Source: Bacteroidota bacterium (lineage in GTDB: Bacteria > Bacteroidota > Bacteroidia > AKYH767-A > OLB10). From it: a stretch of 64,000 nucleotides of DNA. The notes under the pieces were generated by a model that was not told the DNA's origin, did not search any database, and saw only the letters and a list, made by a program, of their open reading frames with translations. Positions within the stretch are counted from its first letter, which is position 1; each line of letters begins with the position of its first letter. The stretch covers positions 10,928 through 74,927 of the forward strand of contig JBKCGZ010000100.1 in assembly GCA_046303115.1 (NCBI GenBank). The letters run 5' to 3'. A program made the position numbers and the translations under genes. Positions 49,836 to 58,942 of the stretch are shown here, one piece after another.

Positions 49836-50708
49836 ATGGATTTAGTAATAAAAAATCTCAACAAGCAATATAGCAATGGTGTACATGCCATGAACGATGT
49901 AACTCTTACCATCAACAAAGGTATGTTTGGTTTGCTTGGGCCCAATGGCGCTGGTAAATCTTCTTTGATGCGCACCCTGGCAACACTTCAAAATGCTGAT
50001 AGTGGCTCTGTAATGCTTGGTGATATAGATGTTTTAAACGACCAAGAATCAGTAAGGAAAATCTTGGGCTATTTGCCACAAGAGTTTGGTGTATATCCGA
50101 GAACATCGGCTGTTGACTTACTTGAACATTTAGCTATACTAAAAGGTTTTAGCAACGGCAGTGAGCGAAAGGAAATGGTCGATCAATTGCTCAACAAAGT
50201 AAATCTATATGAACATCGTAAAAAAGCGGTGAGTAGTTATAGCGGTGGAATGCGCCAACGATTTGGTATTGCACAGTGTTTAATTGGCAATCCGAAATTG
50301 GTAATTGTAGATGAACCTACAGCAGGATTAGATCCAGGTGAGCGTAATCGCTTCTATAATATCTTAAGTGAAATTGGAGAGAATATCATTGTGATTTTAT
50401 CTACGCATATTGTACAAGATGTAAGAGAACTTTGCACACAAATGGCAATCATGAACAAGGGAAAAGTCTTGTTTTGTGGCAATACTGATGACGCCATACT
50501 TCAAATAAAAGGAAAAGTTTGGGAACGAAAAGTGGATAAAGATCAATTACAAGATTTTCAAACTAATTATAAAATTATTTCCAGCAAATTGGTTGGAGGA
50601 AAACCTTTAATTCATGCATTTTCTGAAAATGAATTAGGCAACGGATTTATCAAAGCGGAAGAAAATTTAGAAGATGTATTTTTCGCAAAACTGAATGAAT
50701 TAGTTTAA
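49836..50708 (+). CDS. ABC transporter ATP-binding protein
   Basis: 290 aa. Walker A GPNGAGKSS, signature YSGGMRQR, Walker B LVIVDEP. Confidence 0.93.
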   Translation: MDLVIKNLNKQYSNGVHAMNDVTLTINKGMFGLLGPNGAGKSSLMRTLATLQNADSGSVMLGDIDVLNDQESVRKILGYLPQEFGVYPRTSAVDLLEHLAILKGFSNGSERKEMVDQLLNKVNLYEHRKKAVSSYSGGMRQRFGIAQCLIGNPKLVIVDEPTAGLDPGERNRFYNILSEIGENIIVILSTHIVQDVRELCTQMAIMNKGKVLFCGNTDDAILQIKGKVWERKVDKDQLQDFQTNYKIISSKLVGGKPLIHAFSENELGNGFIKAEENLEDVFFAKLNELV

Positions 50709-50726
50709 TCACCAACCAAAAAAATT

Positions 50727-53700
50727 ATGTGGAATTTTATAAAACACGAATGGAAATATTGGCTCAGTTCGCCAATGACATGGATCTTTTTATTAATCAT
50801 CACTATTTTGGTGATGGGTGCTGTATCATCTGACAGCGTCACTATTGGTGGTGGTGTAGGTAGCGTTCATAAAAATGCGCCATTTGTAATTCAAACTTAT
50901 TACGGAGTTATGTCGCTCATTTGTTTGTTAATGACAACTGCATTTATGAATGCTTCAGCCAACAGAGACTTTTCAAGTGGTATGTATCAATTTGTTTTTT
51001 CATCGCCTATCAAAAAACGAGATTATTATTTCGGAAAATTTATTGGAGCTGCAAGCATAGCAGTATTGCCACTTTTAGGTGTTTCTATTGGTGCATTGAT
51101 TGGACCGTTGATGCCATGGGCAGAACCAAACCGCTATGGCGACGTTGTTTGGAGCGGGCATTTGCAAGGCCTAATCACATTTGGAATTCCAAATACAATT
51201 ATTGCTGCTGTACTTTTGTATTCGTTAGCCATTATTTTTCGAAGCAATATTGTTTCATTTGTTGGAGCAATGCTGATATTAGTATTGTATGCTGTATCTG
51301 CAGGATTTACTAGAGATATTGAAAAAGAATGGTTGGCAAATATTTTAGATCCATTTGGCTTTCGTCCTGAAACAATCATTTCAAAATACATGACGGTGGA
51401 TGAAAAAAATGCTCATGGCGTTCCGCTAGTTGGTGCTTTATTGATTAATCGATTGGTATGGCTATCAATAAGCTTTTTGATTTTAATTGGGGCTTACTTC
51501 AAATTTTCATTCAGCGTAAAAAATGAATCAGCTAAAAAAGCAAAAACGAAGGATACAAAAATTGAATCGTTAAATAGTACTAATCGTATTTATACAGCAA
51601 ACACTGCTAGTCAATTCTCGCTTTCTGCTTTGTGGTTTTTAATAAAGTTTGAAACTAAAGCAATCATTAATAACTCTACGTTCATCATCATCGTTGTTAT
51701 TGGCTTAATGAATTTAGTCGCATCGTTAACAACATTTTCAGGTGGCTATGGAATAGAGCAATATCCTGTTACCTATAATGTAATTGATATCATTAGCGGT
51801 TCATTTTATTTATTCCTTATTGCCATTATTACTTTTTATACTGGTGTGTTAGTATGGAAGGAACGCGATGCGAAAATAAATGAAATACAAGACGCTACTC
51901 CTATTCAAACTTCACTGCTGTTCGTTTCGAAATTAGCAGCTATCATTTTTTCGATTGCCTTGATTTTGTCTTGCACAATATTAATTGGCATAATCGCACA
52001 AGCATGTATGGGATATCATCGTTATGAAATTGATGTATATGTTAAATCCTTGCTAGTAAAAGATTTACTTTCTTTCTCTTTCCTTGTAATCATTTCTTTG
52101 TTTTTCCATTACCTAATCAACAATCGCTATATCGCTTACTTCGCATTTGTAGCCTTTGTTATTTTGAATTCATTTATTTGGGGTGTTTTAAAAATCAATT
52201 CTAATCTTGTAAAATTTGGAGGAACTCCCACTGTTACCTATTCCGACATGAATGGATTTGGTCCGTTTGTACCTTCAAGTATATGGTTCAATATTTATTG
52301 GACAATTGCTTCTGTGTTGATTGGCTTTGTAATTTTTTCATTCTATATACGAGGTAAAGAAACTGGCTTTAGACATCGACTTGTAAACTCAAAATATTTG
52401 TTGACCAAAAATAAAATCGCCATTGGCTTATGTGCAATTGTGTTCGTGCTGTGTTGCAGTTTCATGTATTACAATACTAAAGTGGTAAACGAATATACTT
52501 CTGGTCAAGAGCAAGAAAACGATCAAGTTGATTATGAAAAAAAGTATAAAAAATATGAGACCTTGGTTCAGCCACGTTTCTATAAATACAATTACAATAT
52601 CGATTTGATGCCATACGAGCGCAGCATGAGTGCCAATGTAGAAGCTTGGGCAAGAAATATTTCTAATCAACCGATAACTGAATTACATTTTACAATGCCT
52701 CAGGTACCTGATTCAGTAAAAATATTAATCGAAGGCAGCAAATTAAAATTGAATGATAGTCGATTAGGATATCGCATATATACGTTAGTAAAACCTTTGC
52801 AACCCAACGATTCAATCATGATTAAATTTGATGTGAGTCGTATCACCAAAGGATTTGAGAACGAAGTAACATTTACGCAACTTACGCAAAATGGAACATT
52901 CTTTAACAACAGAGATATATTACCCACTTTTGGCTATGAAAACGCATATGAAATAAGCGATAAAAATAAGCGTATAAAATTAAAGTTGCCTCCTCGATTA
53001 CGCATGCCTAAATTGAATGAACAAGATTTAAAAGCAAGAGCAAATACATATATCAGCAACTGTTCTGACTGGGTGGAATTAAACACAACTATCAGTACCA
53101 CTAAAGACCAAATAGCAATTGCTCCTGGCAGTTTAATTAAGTCTTGGGAGGCTAATGGCAAAAAATATTTCAATTATCAGCTCGAACAAAAATCATTGGA
53201 TTTCTATTCGTTCATTTCGGCGAAATATGAAGTAAAAAGAAAACGTTGGAATGGAATTGATTTGGAAGTTTATTATATCAAAGAGCATGAATACAATGTA
53301 TCCAACATGCTCAATAGTTTACAAAAATCAATTGACTACTACACGAGCAATTTTGGGAAGTATTACCACAAGCAATGTAGAATTATTGAGTTCCCACGTT
53401 ATGGAAGTTTTGCGCAAGCATTCCCAGGTACTATGCCTTATAGCGAAGGAATTGGTTTTATCATTGATGAAAGAAACGTTACTAAAGATGATATTGACCA
53501 AGTGTTCTATGTGGTAGCGCATGAAATGGCACATCAATATTGGGCGCATCAACTATGTGGCGCTAATATGCAAGGTAGTGAAATGATGAGTGAAGGATTT
53601 GCACAATATTCTGCTTTGATGGTTATGGAAAAAGAATACGGCAAGGATAAAATGAAGAAGTTTTTGAAGTACGAAATGGATGGTTATTTAAGAGGAAGAA

Positions 53701-54302
53701 GCAGTGAGTTTGAAGCAGAAAGACCTTTAATTAAAACAGAATCGCAACAGTATATTCATTATCAAAAAGCGAGTGTAGTTATGTACTATTTAAAGGAAAT
53801 GATTGGCGATAAGAAAGTGAATGAAGCCTTAAAATCCCTGATAGATTCTTTTGCATACAAGCAACCACCCTATCCAACATCAATTTCAGCTGTGAATGCT
53901 TTTAGAAAAGTAACACCTGATAGCCTACAATATCTAATTGATGATATGTTTGAAAACATCACTATTTTCTCCAACAGAACAATAGACACAAAGTATAAAA
54001 AGGTAGGTCAAGAATATGAAGTTACAATAACAACTACATCTGAAAAGTTCAGAGCTGATTCTTTAGGAAATGAAAAAAATAGAATTTTGAATGATTATAT
54101 TGATGTGGGCATCTTCGCAGAGCCAAGTAATAAAAATAACTTGGGTAAAGTTCTAGTTTATCAACGCATGAGAATAAATAAAAAAGATAACACTTTTGTA
54201 TTTAGAACGAAAGAAAAACCATATCAAGCAGGTATTGATCCATACAACTATTTAATTGATCGAATTCCAGATGATAATATTAAGAAGCTGGAGGAATTGT
54301 AG
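50727..54302 (+). CDS. Fusion protein: tandem ABC-2-type permease (~13 TM) + C-terminal M1-family gluzincin peptidase domain
   Basis: 1191 aa with about 13 hydrophobic segments in aa 1-580. The C-terminal part holds HEMAH (53520-53534) followed by SEGFA, the M1 signature. Confidence 0.8.
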   Translation: MWNFIKHEWKYWLSSPMTWIFLLIITILVMGAVSSDSVTIGGGVGSVHKNAPFVIQTYYGVMSLICLLMTTAFMNASANRDFSSGMYQFVFSSPIKKRDYYFGKFIGAASIAVLPLLGVSIGALIGPLMPWAEPNRYGDVVWSGHLQGLITFGIPNTIIAAVLLYSLAIIFRSNIVSFVGAMLILVLYAVSAGFTRDIEKEWLANILDPFGFRPETIISKYMTVDEKNAHGVPLVGALLINRLVWLSISFLILIGAYFKFSFSVKNESAKKAKTKDTKIESLNSTNRIYTANTASQFSLSALWFLIKFETKAIINNSTFIIIVVIGLMNLVASLTTFSGGYGIEQYPVTYNVIDIISGSFYLFLIAIITFYTGVLVWKERDAKINEIQDATPIQTSLLFVSKLAAIIFSIALILSCTILIGIIAQACMGYHRYEIDVYVKSLLVKDLLSFSFLVIISLFFHYLINNRYIAYFAFVAFVILNSFIWGVLKINSNLVKFGGTPTVTYSDMNGFGPFVPSSIWFNIYWTIASVLIGFVIFSFYIRGKETGFRHRLVNSKYLLTKNKIAIGLCAIVFVLCCSFMYYNTKVVNEYTSGQEQENDQVDYEKKYKKYETLVQPRFYKYNYNIDLMPYERSMSANVEAWARNISNQPITELHFTMPQVPDSVKILIEGSKLKLNDSRLGYRIYTLVKPLQPNDSIMIKFDVSRITKGFENEVTFTQLTQNGTFFNNRDILPTFGYENAYEISDKNKRIKLKLPPRLRMPKLNEQDLKARANTYISNCSDWVELNTTISTTKDQIAIAPGSLIKSWEANGKKYFNYQLEQKSLDFYSFISAKYEVKRKRWNGIDLEVYYIKEHEYNVSNMLNSLQKSIDYYTSNFGKYYHKQCRIIEFPRYGSFAQAFPGTMPYSEGIGFIIDERNVTKDDIDQVFYVVAHEMAHQYWAHQLCGANMQGSEMMSEGFAQYSALMVMEKEYGKDKMKKFLKYEMDGYLRGRSSEFEAERPLIKTESQQYIHYQKASVVMYYLKEMIGDKKVNEALKSLIDSFAYKQPPYPTSISAVNAFRKVTPDSLQYLIDDMFENITIFSNRTIDTKYKKVGQEYEVTITTTSEKFRADSLGNEKNRILNDYIDVGIFAEPSNKNNLGKVLVYQRMRINKKDNTFVFRTKEKPYQAGIDPYNYLIDRIPDDNIKKLEEL

Positions 54303-54417
54303 GTTATTTTTAAAGCGACATTTAAAAAAGTAATTAGAAAATAAATAAAAAATAATTTCCACTTTTAAATACAGTAATTCACAAATAGAAATAGTGTAAA
54401 CTTAGTTATTAAAGCTC

Positions 54418-54495
54418 AATAAAAAATCCCCGCTAACGCAGGGATTTTTTATTTACTCAGAAATTATTTTCTTATTTCTTGTCTTCCGACATCAA
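54418..54495. repeat. Direct repeat, right copy (terminator + genuine 3' end of SPFH gene)
   Basis: Matches 46170-46248. The minus strand encodes ...LMSEDKK* as the real C-terminus of the 54472..55392 gene. Confidence 0.9.
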
Positions 54496-55392
54496 CGTAT
54501 CCATGCCCATCATCTGACGCATTGTTTTTTGCATTCCTTCAGGAGAGCCATCTAAGAATAAAACATTTCCTTTTCCGTACTCTGCAAAATTCTTAATTGC
54601 TTCTGTCCACATCGAAAACATAATCATCGATGTATCAAGATTTGCCTGTTGCATTTCACGCGCTGCATTCTGCATACCCTTAGCCACCTCTTCTCTAAAC
54701 AACGCAACTCCTTGTCCGCGTAACTGCGCAGCCTCACGCTCTGCTTGCGCTGCAATTTTAATTGCGTTACCTTCTGCTTCTGCCGATTTTGTTTTAGTAA
54801 TTAATAAAGCTTGTCCTTCGTTTTCAGCTGCTGCCTTTAAATTGTTAGAAGCAACCACTTTACTCATCGATACCATTACTGCTTCATCAAATGTAATATC
54901 GTTGATTTGTAAATCTTGTAAGTGATATCCCCACTCTTCAATCACATTATCAATTTGCTCTTTTACGTGATCTACGATTTCACGACGAAGTCCTAATACT
55001 TCCGATTGCTTTTTAGTAGCAACGAAAGCACGAATGTTTCCTTCGATAGTTCTGATTAATGCTTGCATTAAATTCTTTTCATCGATGAACTTAAATGCTA
55101 CTTTCTTGATTGTCTCTTCATCGCTATCGATAACCGAAAATAAAATCATCGATTTAAAATACACATTCGCTTGATCGACAGTTACCGCCTGAAACTCTAA
55201 CTCGACTGAACGATTCTGAGTAGAAATTCTTTTGAATACTGTTTCGATGAAAGGAATGATAAAATTTAAACCCGGACGAATAATTCGCTGATATTTCCCG
55301 AAGATGGTGATTACGGAAACATTTCCTTGCTGGACTGTTCTCAAGCCCATGAATAGAATCACTACGATTCCAATAATAATTGCAGTTGACAT
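54472..55392 (-). CDS. SPFH domain / band 7 family protein
   Basis: 306 aa with an N-terminal TM, an SPFH core (GNVSVITIFGKYQRIIRPGLNFIIPF) and an Ala/Glu-rich coiled-coil. Confidence 0.88.
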   Translation of the reverse strand: MSTAIIIGIVVILFMGLRTVQQGNVSVITIFGKYQRIIRPGLNFIIPFIETVFKRISTQNRSVELEFQAVTVDQANVYFKSMILFSVIDSDEETIKKVAFKFIDEKNLMQALIRTIEGNIRAFVATKKQSEVLGLRREIVDHVKEQIDNVIEEWGYHLQDLQINDITFDEAVMVSMSKVVASNNLKAAAENEGQALLITKTKSAEAEGNAIKIAAQAEREAAQLRGQGVALFREEVAKGMQNAAREMQQANLDTSMIMFSMWTEAIKNFAEYGKGNVLFLDGSPEGMQKTMRQMMGMDTLMSEDKK

Positions 55393-55407
55393 ATGATAAA
55401 TATTAAA

Positions 55408-55989
55408 TTAATTCCATTTTAGTGTTCCAATCATTTTCATGATATCTTCCCTTGCATATTTAATGGCAGGAGCTAAACTATCGGCATTAGGAGCTGCATT
55501 AAAATAAAGTGCACCTCTTAAAAAATGATTAGTACTATCCGTTACAAAAAACTGAATTGGGGATGCTGCATCTCCTCCTATTTCATAAAGTATCCCTCCT
55601 ACATTGTCATTTACTTTCAATACGCTTTCATTGATTGAACTTGCCCGAGAAGTATGCTTGTATACTAATGTGCGTGTATCCTCTGCGTATTTATTAAAAT
55701 CACCATTCAATTTTTTATACGTCAAATAAATCTGTCCGTTTAACTTAGGCATTACGATATAATACCAAAAAGGCTCTGATAAACTATTGGTATCAGGAAT
55801 AGCTACTGCTGTTGTTGAAATATCGAATGAATAAGGACAATTGGCAGGTTTAAATTCCTTGTAAGCATGTGCAGGCAATGTAATTCGATAATATCCTTTT
55901 GGCTTCGGAACTCCATTGTCTTCATTATCGCCACAAGAAATAATTACCAATGCTAAAAAAACAAGTACAACAAGCTTCTTAAAATTCAT
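55408..55989 (-). CDS. gldD: Gliding motility lipoprotein GldD
   Basis: Start at MNFKKL... with lipobox IISC, followed by PKPKGYYRITLP, as recalled for GldD. Position near ssb/mutY is typical for Bacteroidota. Confidence 0.65.
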   Translation of the reverse strand: MNFKKLVVLVFLALVIISCGDNEDNGVPKPKGYYRITLPAHAYKEFKPANCPYSFDISTTAVAIPDTNSLSEPFWYYIVMPKLNGQIYLTYKKLNGDFNKYAEDTRTLVYKHTSRASSINESVLKVNDNVGGILYEIGGDAASPIQFFVTDSTNHFLRGALYFNAAPNADSLAPAIKYAREDIMKMIGTLKWN

Positions 55990-56040
55990 TGCACAAAGAT
56001 GCAAAAAGAAAGGCATCCGAAGATGCCTTGAAATAAAATC

Positions 56041-56454
56041 TTAAAAAGGTTCAATCGAGCCTTGATCAGTTATAGGTGGCTCTTCTAGTCCGTGATTAGC
56101 GTCATGATTATTGTTTTCGTTTTCACGCTTGCTCAACATTGTCATATTTTCGGCAATAATTTCAGTAGCATATTTTTTTACCCCATCTTTTTCCCAACTG
56201 CGTGTACGCAATTTGCCTTCAATAAAAATCATATGTCCTTTCCGTAATTTTAGCTTTTCGGCTGCTTCTGCCAAACCACGCCACAGAACAATATTATGCC
56301 ATTCGGTTTGATCCTGGCGCTGTCCATCCTTGTTCTTAAAATACTCAGTGGTTGCCAATGGAAACTTCGCTACCATTATACCACCTTCCATGTGTCTGAA
56401 CTCAGGGTCTTTTCCTAAGTTACCGATTAAAAATACTTTGTTTACTCCCGACAT
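56041..56454 (-). CDS. ssb: Single-stranded DNA-binding protein
   Basis: 137 aa. OB-fold (NKVFLIGNLGKDPE...TEWHNIVLWRGLAE) and an acidic C-terminal tip ending IEPF. Confidence 0.93.
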   Translation of the reverse strand: MSGVNKVFLIGNLGKDPEFRHMEGGIMVAKFPLATTEYFKNKDGQRQDQTEWHNIVLWRGLAEAAEKLKLRKGHMIFIEGKLRTRSWEKDGVKKYATEIIAENMTMLSKRENENNNHDANHGLEEPPITDQGSIEPF

Positions 56455-56590
56455 AATATATAGTTTGATAGTTTTCTAAATTACTATGTTCGGCTTGGCT
56501 GTGTATAGCAAATATATGCTAATTAGTTAAATGAAAAAACAAATTTCAACTCGATTTGAAAATATGACAATTAAGTGTATACACTCATTA

Positions 56591-57640
56591 CTAGTCCTCG
56601 CTCTCGAGGTATTTAACAATTAACTGAGGCATTCCATAATCACCTAGTTGGCTCCATGGAACCTTTATCATGTTAGCGTCTTTAGCGGTTGAAACACTTT
56701 CCATATTTATCCACCAAAACTTAGCAAAAATTACTTGATGTGATAAAACGTGTTTTACAATAGCGCTTGACTTGACCATTTTATGCGAATTGGTATTTAA
56801 GTAATTGGCAACTTCTGATTTAGAAAGATCCAGCTTGTTTTTATTCTTTGTCGCTGACTCTATCAACGGAAATTGATACAACCCTTGCCAGATATCCTTT
56901 CCCTCTCTTTTCTGAAGGATGGTATTTTTTTCGTCTGACAGGATAATAAAATCAAAATAACGGTTTCGTGTTTTTGTCTTTTTTGACTTAACAGGATATT
57001 CACTTACGGTATTGGTCGCAAAGCTCTGACAATATTGATTAAAAGGACAAACGGAACAATCGGGGTTGGAAGGTTTGCACTGCATAGCGCCGAACTCCAT
57101 CATTGCCTGATTAAACATTCCGGGATTGGATTTATCAATTAACTCATTAGCAAGCACAAAAAACTCTTTCTTCCCATTGGTAGAATCGATGGGGGTATTA
57201 ATTGCAAATATTCTGGAAAGGAAACGGTAAACATTTCCATCGACAACGGCATGAGGTAAATTAAAAGCGATGGAACCAATGGCGGCTGCAGTATAATCTC
57301 CTATTCCCTTTAGAGCACGTATTTGCTCATATTGATCAGGGAAAATTCCATTGTATTCATCTCTCACCACTTTGGCAGCGTCGTGTAAATTCCTTGCACG
57401 GGAATAATATCCGAGCCCTTGCCATAGACGCAAAACCTCTCGTTCATCTGCATTGGCAAGGTCGGTTACCTTTGGGAAGTTTTCCATAAACCGGAGCCAG
57501 TAAGGCATTCCCTGCTCGACCCTTGTTTGTTGTAAAATCACTTCCGAAAGCCAGATCGCATAAGGGTCATTTGTCCTTCTCCAGGGCAAATCACGCTGGT
57601 TAATGCGGTACCAATCCATTAAAATTTGGCTTAAATCCAT
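56591..57640 (-). CDS. mutY: A/G-specific adenine DNA glycosylase
   Basis: 349 aa. HhH-GPD (LKGIGDYTAAAI), 4Fe-4S Cys cluster (CKPSNPDCSVCPFNQYC) and a C-terminal NUDIX-like domain. Confidence 0.93.
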   Translation of the reverse strand: MDLSQILMDWYRINQRDLPWRRTNDPYAIWLSEVILQQTRVEQGMPYWLRFMENFPKVTDLANADEREVLRLWQGLGYYSRARNLHDAAKVVRDEYNGIFPDQYEQIRALKGIGDYTAAAIGSIAFNLPHAVVDGNVYRFLSRIFAINTPIDSTNGKKEFFVLANELIDKSNPGMFNQAMMEFGAMQCKPSNPDCSVCPFNQYCQSFATNTVSEYPVKSKKTKTRNRYFDFIILSDEKNTILQKREGKDIWQGLYQFPLIESATKNKNKLDLSKSEVANYLNTNSHKMVKSSAIVKHVLSHQVIFAKFWWINMESVSTAKDANMIKVPWSQLGDYGMPQLIVKYLESED

Positions 57641-57680
57641 GATTTATATTGTAAGGGGCTCAAAAATAAAGAATTAATAT

Positions 57681-57710
57681 TTTGTATTTCAATCATAAAG
57701 CCTATCTTTG
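57681..57710 (+). promoter_or_regulatory. Candidate Bacteroidota promoter TTTG-N18-TATCTTTG for the HU gene
   Basis: -33 TTTG at 57681-57684 and -7 TATCTTTG at 57703-57710, 43 nt upstream of the ATG. Confidence 0.55.
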
Positions 57711-57752
57711 CAGCCCCTAAACGAGAATTAACAATTTAAACATATTGTCATT

Positions 57753-58052
57753 ATGACTAAAGCAGAATTAGTAAACGAAATTTCAACTAAAACAGGTATT
57801 GAGAAAGTTGCGGTTCAACAAACTATTGAATCGATGATGAAAGTGGTACGTAACTCATTAATCAACGATGAAAACGTATACTTAAGAGGATTTGGAAGTT
57901 TTATCGTTAAAAAACGTGCAAAGAAAACTGGTCGTATTATTACAAAAAATGCAACTATTATCATCCCTGAGCATTATATCCCGGCTTTCAAGCCTGCTAA
58001 AACATTCACTGAGCGCGTTAAAACAGCACACGTGAAGAAATCAGAAGGATAA
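57753..58052 (+). CDS. HU/IHF family DNA-binding protein
   Basis: 99 aa. MTKAELVNEIS...LRGFGSF...R.GRN-like arm...P.FKP pattern. Confidence 0.9.
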   Translation: MTKAELVNEISTKTGIEKVAVQQTIESMMKVVRNSLINDENVYLRGFGSFIVKKRAKKTGRIITKNATIIIPEHYIPAFKPAKTFTERVKTAHVKKSEG

Positions 58053-58055
58053 TAA

Positions 58056-58898
58056 ATGAAAGGAAATCATTTGCATTTAATAATTATTGGAGCTGCTTTA
58101 GTACTTACCGGAGTTATTTACACTATGCCTTCTCAGGTTAATGTAAAGGGAGAAAGCAAAGAGGGTCCTGCAAAAACAGATGCAAATGGTTTTAGTGAGG
58201 GTGAAATATTAAATCAAGCGAAAGCTTTACTGGACAGCAACCAGTCGAAAAAACTAGCGTTCTTTGAGACAGCAGTAAAAAATAATGGAGAGCGAGACAC
58301 AGCAGTGCTCGATCAAATGGGAAGATTTTGGGACCAGGCTGGATTACCTGCAGCAGCAGCCATCTGGTTTGAAAAGAAATCAGCTCTTTTGAAGTCAGAA
58401 CAAGGTTATCTTGACGCTGCCTACCGTTATTTTGATGCATTTAAAATGACAGAGGATTCATTATTTAGAACCTTGATGGTAAAGAAAGCAATGGAAAACT
58501 ATCAACTTGTTTTAGATAAAAACCCTTCGAACTTAAATGCTAAAACAGATTTAGGAGTTTGTTATGCCGAAGGATCTGCGGAGCCGATGAAAGGAATTAT
58601 GCTTCTTCGTGAAGTAGTTTCAGCGGACCCAAATCATGAAATGGCCCAGTTCAATTTAGCTATGTTATCGATTAAATCAGGTCAGTTAGATAAAGCAATC
58701 GACAGGTTAAATACAGTATTAAAGATTAACCCTAAAAGAATCGACATTTATTTCTACCTTGGACAAGTATATGCTTCGAGTGGAGATAATTCAAAGGCGA
58801 TTGAAAGCTACAACAACTTCGTCACTAAAACAGACGATCCTAATGCAGCTGCTGAAGTAAAAAAAATGATGACAGCACTTGAAAAAAGCCCTGCTTAA
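58056..58898 (+). CDS. Tetratricopeptide repeat protein
   Basis: 280 aa with an N-terminal TM and several TPR-like helices (e.g. AQFNLAMLSIKSGQLDKAIDRLNTVLKINP). Confidence 0.7.
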   Translation: MKGNHLHLIIIGAALVLTGVIYTMPSQVNVKGESKEGPAKTDANGFSEGEILNQAKALLDSNQSKKLAFFETAVKNNGERDTAVLDQMGRFWDQAGLPAAAAIWFEKKSALLKSEQGYLDAAYRYFDAFKMTEDSLFRTLMVKKAMENYQLVLDKNPSNLNAKTDLGVCYAEGSAEPMKGIMLLREVVSADPNHEMAQFNLAMLSIKSGQLDKAIDRLNTVLKINPKRIDIYFYLGQVYASSGDNSKAIESYNNFVTKTDDPNAAAEVKKMMTALEKSPA

Positions 58899-58942
58899 AA
58901 ACTGAATAAATTATAATTCTAACAGAATAAAAAAATATTATT

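Larger units (their letters stand above)
46249..54417. mobile_element. Putative integrated genomic islet (no recombinase seen)
   Basis: An 8.2-kb four-gene block bracketed by the 79-bp direct repeats, with abrupt loss of similarity outside the repeats. Confidence 0.45.

Noticed and set aside
46249-54417. Integrase, transposase or tRNA inside or beside the repeat-bounded block
   Set aside because: All four large ORFs have other clear identities (AraC, hydrolase fusion, ABC ATPase, permease-M1). The non-coding stretches 46249-46429 and 54303-54417 hold no ORF or recombinase remnant that I can read. The block is therefore reported as an islet of unknown mobility, not as a classical ICE, prophage or IS.
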